Below are positions 59,213 through 64,000 of a stretch of 64,000 bases of DNA, piece after piece. A program made the translations under genes and the position numbers. The DNA is taken from the NCBI GenBank assembly GCA_963851265.1, contig CAWKNZ010000007.1, positions 448,001-512,000 of the forward strand, read 5' to 3'. The notes below the pieces were generated by a model that was given only the letters and a program-made list of their open reading frames with translations, was not told where the DNA came from and made no database searches. Source of the stretch: an uncultured Gemmatimonadales bacterium (GTDB taxonomy: Bacteria > Gemmatimonadota > Gemmatimonadetes > Gemmatimonadales > Gemmatimonadaceae). How positions within the stretch are numbered: the first letter of the stretch is position 1; each line of letters starts with the position of its first letter.

Positions 59213-60879
59213 GCGCGCTCCGCATCGCCGGCGGGACGGTCTACGACCCGGCCAACGGCGTCGACGGCGAGGTACGCGACGTGTGCGTGGCCGATGGGCG
59301 CATCGTCGCGGAGGCGCCGAGCACGGCGCGCGTGGTCGACGCGCGAGGGATGGTCGTGATGCCTGGCGGGGTCGACATCCACTGCCACGTGGCGAGCGGT
59401 TCGGTCAACTTCGCGCGCCGGCTGCTGCCGGAGGAGCACGATCGCGACCCCGCGCCAGCCCCCGACCTCGCCGGCTTCGACCTCGACGCGCTCCCCCGGT
59501 CGGGTACGGGCGGCACGGTACCGAGCACGTTCACCACCGGATACCGCTACGCGGGACTCGGCTACACGACCGTGTTCGACGCCGCGGTGGCCCCGCTCGC
59601 GGCGCGCGCGTCGCACGCGCAGCTCGACGACACGCCGGTCGTCGACGGCGGGTTCTTCGTCCTGATGGGGAACGACGAGTACCTGATGCGCCAGATCGCC
59701 ACGGGGGAGCGCGAGCGCGCGCGCGAGTACGCCGCGTGGCTATTGGGCGCGGCCGGGGGCTACGCGATCAAGCTCGTCAACCCCGGCGGCGTGGAGCTGT
59801 GGAAGCGCGGCGCGCGGGAGCGCACCGACCTCGACACGCCGGTCGGCTCGACGGCCGTGACCCCGCGCGCGATCCTCGAGACGCTCGTCGACGCGTCGCA
59901 GGCGTTAGGCCTGCCGCACCCGGCGCACGTGCACTGCAACAACCTCGGCGTGCCGGGCAACGTCGACACCACGCTCGCGAGCATGCGCGCGGTGGCCGGC
60001 CGCCGCGCCCACTTCACACACCTGCAGTTCCAGAGCTACGGGCGCGCGCGCGACGGCGGCTGGCGCTCGGGCGCGCGCGAACTGATGGAGTACGTGAACG
60101 CGCACCCCGAGGTGAGCGGCGACGTGGGTCAGGTGATGTTCGGCGACGCGACTACCGTCACCGCCGACGCGCCCGTCGAATACCTGCTGTACGAGAGCAG
60201 CGGGCGGAAATGGGTCAACCACGACATCGAACTCGAGACGGGGTGCGGCATCGTGCCGTACAGCTACCGCGAGCGCGCCGCCGTCGCGGCCCTGCAGTGG
60301 GCCGTGGGGCTCGAGCTGTTCCTGCTCTCCGCCGACCCGTGGCGCGTGGTGCTCTCGACCGACCACCCCAACGGCGGGAGCTTCCTCTCGTACCCGGCGC
60401 TCATCCGGCTGCTCATGGACCGCACGTACCGCGACGAGCAGATCAAGCGCGTGAACGATCGCCTGCTCGCCGGCAGCGCGCTGGCCGACGGGCTCGCGCG
60501 CGAGTACACGCTCGGCGAGATCGCGGTCATCACGCGCGCCGGGCCCGCGCGCCTGTTAGGCTTGCGCGACAAGGGGCACCTGGGGGTCGGCGCTGACGCG
60601 GACGTGACCGTCTACACGCGCGACGCCGACATCGAGCGCATGTTCGCCACGCCGCGCACGGTGGTCAAGGCCGGTGTGGTGGTGGTCGAGGAGGGGCAGC
60701 TGCGGCGCGCGCCGTCCGGGCGGCGGCTGCACGTCCGGCCGGCGTACGACGCGACCGTCGAGCGCGACCTGAGGCGCTACTTCGAACAGTACGCGACCGT
60801 GTCGTTCGAGAACTACCCCGTGCGTGGGCTCCGCGACGCGCCGAGGGCCGTGGGCCACACCTCGGCGCGTAGGGGCTGA
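59209..60879 (+). CDS. fhcA: Formyltransferase/hydrolase complex subunit A (FwdA homologue)
   Basis: DPANG, DIHCH, KLVNPGG, HVHCNNLGVPGN, STDHPNGG, ITRAGPA. Confidence 0.93.
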   Translation: MSALRIAGGTVYDPANGVDGEVRDVCVADGRIVAEAPSTARVVDARGMVVMPGGVDIHCHVASGSVNFARRLLPEEHDRDPAPAPDLAGFDLDALPRSGTGGTVPSTFTTGYRYAGLGYTTVFDAAVAPLAARASHAQLDDTPVVDGGFFVLMGNDEYLMRQIATGERERAREYAAWLLGAAGGYAIKLVNPGGVELWKRGARERTDLDTPVGSTAVTPRAILETLVDASQALGLPHPAHVHCNNLGVPGNVDTTLASMRAVAGRRAHFTHLQFQSYGRARDGGWRSGARELMEYVNAHPEVSGDVGQVMFGDATTVTADAPVEYLLYESSGRKWVNHDIELETGCGIVPYSYRERAAVAALQWAVGLELFLLSADPWRVVLSTDHPNGGSFLSYPALIRLLMDRTYRDEQIKRVNDRLLAGSALADGLAREYTLGEIAVITRAGPARLLGLRDKGHLGVGADADVTVYTRDADIERMFATPRTVVKAGVVVVEEGQLRRAPSGRRLHVRPAYDATVERDLRRYFEQYATVSFENYPVRGLRDAPRAVGHTSARRG

Positions 60880-60880
60880 G

Positions 60881-61840
60881 GTGGAATTCCACGGCGTCCG
60901 GATCGAGGACACCTTCGCCGAGGCGTTCGGCATGCGCGCCGCGCGCATCGTGATCACGGCGAAGAGCCTGCGCTGGGCGCGCGAGGCCGCGTCGAAGCTG
61001 ACGGGGTTCGCGACGTCGGTGATCGCCTGCAAGTGCGAGGCGGCGGTCGAGCGCGAACTCGGCCCGGCCGAGACGCCGGACGCGCGCCCCGGCGTGAGCG
61101 TGCTGCTCTTCACGATGGACGCTGACAGCCTCGGCAAGCGCCTGGTCGAGCGGCTGGGGCAGACGGTGCTCACCTGCCCGACGACCAGTTGCTTCGACGG
61201 CCTGCCCGGCGCGGCGGCGCGCGTGCCTTCGGCGCGAGCGCTCCGCGTGTTCGGCGACCGCTTCCAGATCAGCAAGGTGTTGGGCGGGGAGCGGTACTGG
61301 CGCATCCCGGTGATGGAAGGCGAGTTCCTCGTGCAGGAGAACTTCGGCGTGCAGAAGGGCGTCGGCGGGGGCAACTTCCTCATCCTCGCGGAGGACGCGG
61401 ACCACGCGCTGGAGGCGGCCGAGGCGGCGGTCGACGCGATCGCGGGCACGCCCGGGGTGATCCTGCCGTTCCCGGGCGGCGTGGTGCGCAGCGGGAGCAA
61501 GGTGGGCGCGCGAGGCTACAGCGGGATGATCGCCTCGACCAACGACGCGTACTGTCCGACCATCCGGCCGATCACGCGGTCGGCGCTGCCCGACGGCGTG
61601 AACGCGGTGCTCGAACTCGTGCTGGACGGGCTCGACTACGCGTCGATCTGCCGCGCGATGCGGACCGGGATCGAGGCCGCATGCCGCCCCGGCGTGGTCG
61701 CGATCACCGCCGGCAATTACGGTGGCAAGCTCGGGCCGCACCACTTTCACCTGCACCGCATCCTGGCAGGCGACGACACGCCGGTGCCGCGCGCGCCGGC
61801 CCCGCCGACGCCCAGCGGCCCGGCCGCCGAGGCGCGATGA
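60881..61840 (+). CDS. fhcD: Formylmethanofuran-H4MPT formyltransferase (Ftr)
   Basis: IEDTFAEAF, ATSVIAC-EA, TPDARPG, LTCPT, GGGN, RSGSK, AGNYGGKLG. Confidence 0.95.
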   Translation: MEFHGVRIEDTFAEAFGMRAARIVITAKSLRWAREAASKLTGFATSVIACKCEAAVERELGPAETPDARPGVSVLLFTMDADSLGKRLVERLGQTVLTCPTTSCFDGLPGAAARVPSARALRVFGDRFQISKVLGGERYWRIPVMEGEFLVQENFGVQKGVGGGNFLILAEDADHALEAAEAAVDAIAGTPGVILPFPGGVVRSGSKVGARGYSGMIASTNDAYCPTIRPITRSALPDGVNAVLELVLDGLDYASICRAMRTGIEAACRPGVVAITAGNYGGKLGPHHFHLHRILAGDDTPVPRAPAPPTPSGPAAEAR

Positions 61841-62661
61841 GCGACGTCGTCGTGCTCACGCTGCGCTCGGCGCCTGACGGCCCGCTCGACCTCGACGGTG
61901 CCGTCGCGCCGGACCGCTTCGCGGCGTTGGGCGCGGGCGAGATCGCCGGGCTGCCCGTGTGGGCCGGCGCGCGCACCGCCCGCCTCGGCGACTTCTTCGA
62001 CGTCGACGGTGGGTACGCGGCCCGCGTGCGCGTGGCCGGCGCGAGCGCGCTGCTCGACGGGCTCGGCGCCGGGATGACCGGAGGGGAACTCGTCGTGGAC
62101 GGCGACGCAGGGCGGCGCGCGGGGGCCGGGATGGCGGGCGGCACCCTGCGCGTGCTCGGCAACGTGGGCGACGACGCGGGAACGGCGATGGCCGGGGGGG
62201 CGCTCCGCGTCGACGGTCGCGCGGGCCACCGTCTCGGCGCCGCGGCGCCGGGCGCGGCGAAGGGGATGACCGGAGGCGAGATCGTCGTGGCGGGACACGC
62301 GGGCGACGAGGCCGGCGCGCGCGCGCGGCGCGGGCTGATCGCGGTCGGCGGCGACGTCGGTGCGCGCGGCGCGCGGGCGATGATCGCGGGCTCGCTCGTC
62401 GTGCTCGGCCGCGCGGGCGAGTCGACCGGCGTCGGGAGCAAGCGCGGGTCGGTGATCGCCGTCGGCGGCGCGGACGTCCCGGCGACGTACCGGTACGCGT
62501 GCACGTACGAGCCGCCGCACGTCCGCCTCACGTTGACCTACCTCCGCCGGCGATACGGCCTCACCGTCGACGACGGTGCGGTCGCGGGCCGCTACCGGCG
62601 CTACTGCGGCGACGCGGGCGAGCCGGGCCGGGGCGAGATCTTGACGCTGGTGACCGAATGA
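61837..62661 (+). CDS. fhcC: Formyltransferase/hydrolase complex subunit C (FwdC homologue)
   Basis: LGDFFDV, repeated GxGMxGG beta-helix, GRGEIL; ATGA overlaps. Confidence 0.92.
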   Translation: MSDVVVLTLRSAPDGPLDLDGAVAPDRFAALGAGEIAGLPVWAGARTARLGDFFDVDGGYAARVRVAGASALLDGLGAGMTGGELVVDGDAGRRAGAGMAGGTLRVLGNVGDDAGTAMAGGALRVDGRAGHRLGAAAPGAAKGMTGGEIVVAGHAGDEAGARARRGLIAVGGDVGARGARAMIAGSLVVLGRAGESTGVGSKRGSVIAVGGADVPATYRYACTYEPPHVRLTLTYLRRRYGLTVDDGAVAGRYRRYCGDAGEPGRGEILTLVTE

Positions 62662-63647
62662 CCGACCCGACGGCCGCCGCCGACTTCGGCCTCAACGCCC
62701 GCGCGTGGGCCCTCGCCGACGACATGGTCGCGCGCGCCGCCGAGCTGCGCGTCGCGGCGCGTACGTTGGGCAACGGCGCGCGCGTGATCGACGCCGGCGT
62801 GAACGCGCCGGGCGGGCTCGCGGCGGGACTGCGATTGGCCGAGCTGTGCATGGGCGGGCTCGGCCACGTCGACTTCGCGCCGCTCGCGTTCGGCGGCGAG
62901 ACGTGGCCCGGGGTGCACGTCTGGACCGACCACCCGGCCGTGAGCTGCATGGCCGCGCAGTACGCGGGGTGGGCGGTCGAGCAGAGCGGGTACTTCGCGA
63001 TGGGCTCGGGGCCGCTGCGGGCGCATGCGCGCGTCGAGCGCGCGCTCTATGCCAAGCTCGGGTACGCCGAGCGGGCGGAGCGCGGGGTCCTCGTCCTCGA
63101 GACGCGCACGCTGCCGACCGAGGCTGTCGCCGAGTTGGTCGCGGCCAAGGCCGGGCTGCCGGCGTCGGCGTTGACGTTCGCGGTGGCGGCCACGGCCAGC
63201 GTGGCGGGGGGCGTGCAGGTGGTCGCGCGCGTGCTCGAGACCGGGCTGCACAAGATGGACGCGTTAGGCTTCGACGTGAGGCGCGTCGCGGGCGCGAGCG
63301 GTACGGCGCCGGTCCCGCCGCCGGCGAAGAACGACCTGCGCGCGATCGGGCGCACCAACGACTGCGTGCTCTATGGCGGCCAGGCGCGCTACCTGGTGCG
63401 CGCGGAAGACGACGAGCTGGCCGCGCTCGCGGAGCGGCTGCCCGCGTCGGCGTCGGGCGACTACGGGACGCCGTTCTACGAAACGTTCGAACGGGCGGGG
63501 CGTGATTTCTACAAGATCGACCCGCTGCTCTTCAGCCCCGCCGAGGTGTGGCTGACGAGTGCGACGAGCGGGCGGACGTTCCACGCCGGGCGGCTCGACG
63601 CGGGCGTGCTGCGCGCGTCGCTCTACGGCGCGCCCGGCGCGGGCTGA
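62658..63647 (+). CDS. mch: Methenyl-H4MPT cyclohydrolase
   Basis: IDAGV, CMGGL, SCMAAQYAGW, MGSGP, QVVARVLE, GRTND, FYKIDP-LFSPA. Confidence 0.95.
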   Translation: MTDPTAAADFGLNARAWALADDMVARAAELRVAARTLGNGARVIDAGVNAPGGLAAGLRLAELCMGGLGHVDFAPLAFGGETWPGVHVWTDHPAVSCMAAQYAGWAVEQSGYFAMGSGPLRAHARVERALYAKLGYAERAERGVLVLETRTLPTEAVAELVAAKAGLPASALTFAVAATASVAGGVQVVARVLETGLHKMDALGFDVRRVAGASGTAPVPPPAKNDLRAIGRTNDCVLYGGQARYLVRAEDDELAALAERLPASASGDYGTPFYETFERAGRDFYKIDPLLFSPAEVWLTSATSGRTFHAGRLDAGVLRASLYGAPGAG

Positions 63648-63652
63648 GCGCG

Positions 63653-64000
63653 GTGCACGTCCCGATCCTCTCGGCGCGCACCGGGTGGCACACCGACGAG
63701 CTGCTGCGCGCGTTGCGCGAGCGCGGCCACGGCGGGCGCGTGGTGCCGTACGAGGCGCTCACCGCGCGGCTCGGGACGGCGCGCGGAGTGGCCGACGGCC
63801 TCGCGGCGGGCGGGGCGGCGCTCGACCGGGCCGACGCGGTGCTCGCGCGCATCATCCCCAACGGGTCGCTCGAGCAGATCATCTACCGCGTCGACGCTCT
63901 TCACTGGCTCGAGGCGCGCGGCGTGCGCGTCGTGAACTCGCCGCGCTGCATCGAGCGGTGCGTCGACAAGTTCTACACGTCGGCCCTGCTGCAGGAGGCG
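63653..64000 (+). CDS. orf5: RimK-like ATP-grasp glutamate ligase Orf5 (3' truncated; not in ORF track)
   Basis: Manual translation: VHVPILSARTGWHTDELLRA, RIIPNGSLEQIIYRVDALHWLE, VNSPRCIERCVDKFYTS. Confidence 0.85.
   Translation, partial: MHVPILSARTGWHTDELLRALRERGHGGRVVPYEALTARLGTARGVADGLAAGGAALDRADAVLARIIPNGSLEQIIYRVDALHWLEARGVRVVNSPRCIERCVDKFYTSALLQEA

Noticed and set aside
57779..63647. Methanogenesis or CO2-reducing Fwd complex
   Set aside because: Bacterial fae/mtd/fhc arrangement, metal-ligand Cys missing, and no mcr, mtr or fwdD/F/G in the window

Overview
A 64-kb, very GC-rich (roughly three-quarters by eye) bacterial chromosome segment. Gene content and style suggest Gemmatimonadota (inference). 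It holds about 60 genes, with no rRNA, tRNA, IS element, integrase or CRISPR array. Core genes include pfkA, ispH, msrB, thiolase plus FadN-type beta-oxidation, hrpB, rsmD, a pseudouridine synthase and two L,D-transpeptidases. Highlights: (1) a tetrahydromethanopterin/methanofuran-linked formaldehyde oxidation operon (fae, mtd, orfY, fhcBADC, mch, orf5) running off the right edge, whose FhcB keeps the FeS cysteines but lacks the Mo/W-ligating Cys; (2) a dispersed, frame-independent octamer YGTTAGGC, hand-counted 25 times (21 plus, 4 minus), that forces rare TTA/AGG codons and may be an undescribed Chi/KOPS/uptake-type signal; (3) a helical-repeat CHAT protease coupled to a small unknown protein; (4) a photoactive yellow protein homologue with no adjacent chromophore genes; (5) a 6S RNA absent from the ORF track; (6) a BluB-CobT fusion; (7) a GMC/DUF1080/TIM-barrel 3-keto-glycoside module; (8) a DEAH helicase with motif Ia apparently ahead of Walker A; (9) many apparently leaderless genes. 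All calls come from manual motif recognition; no searches were run.
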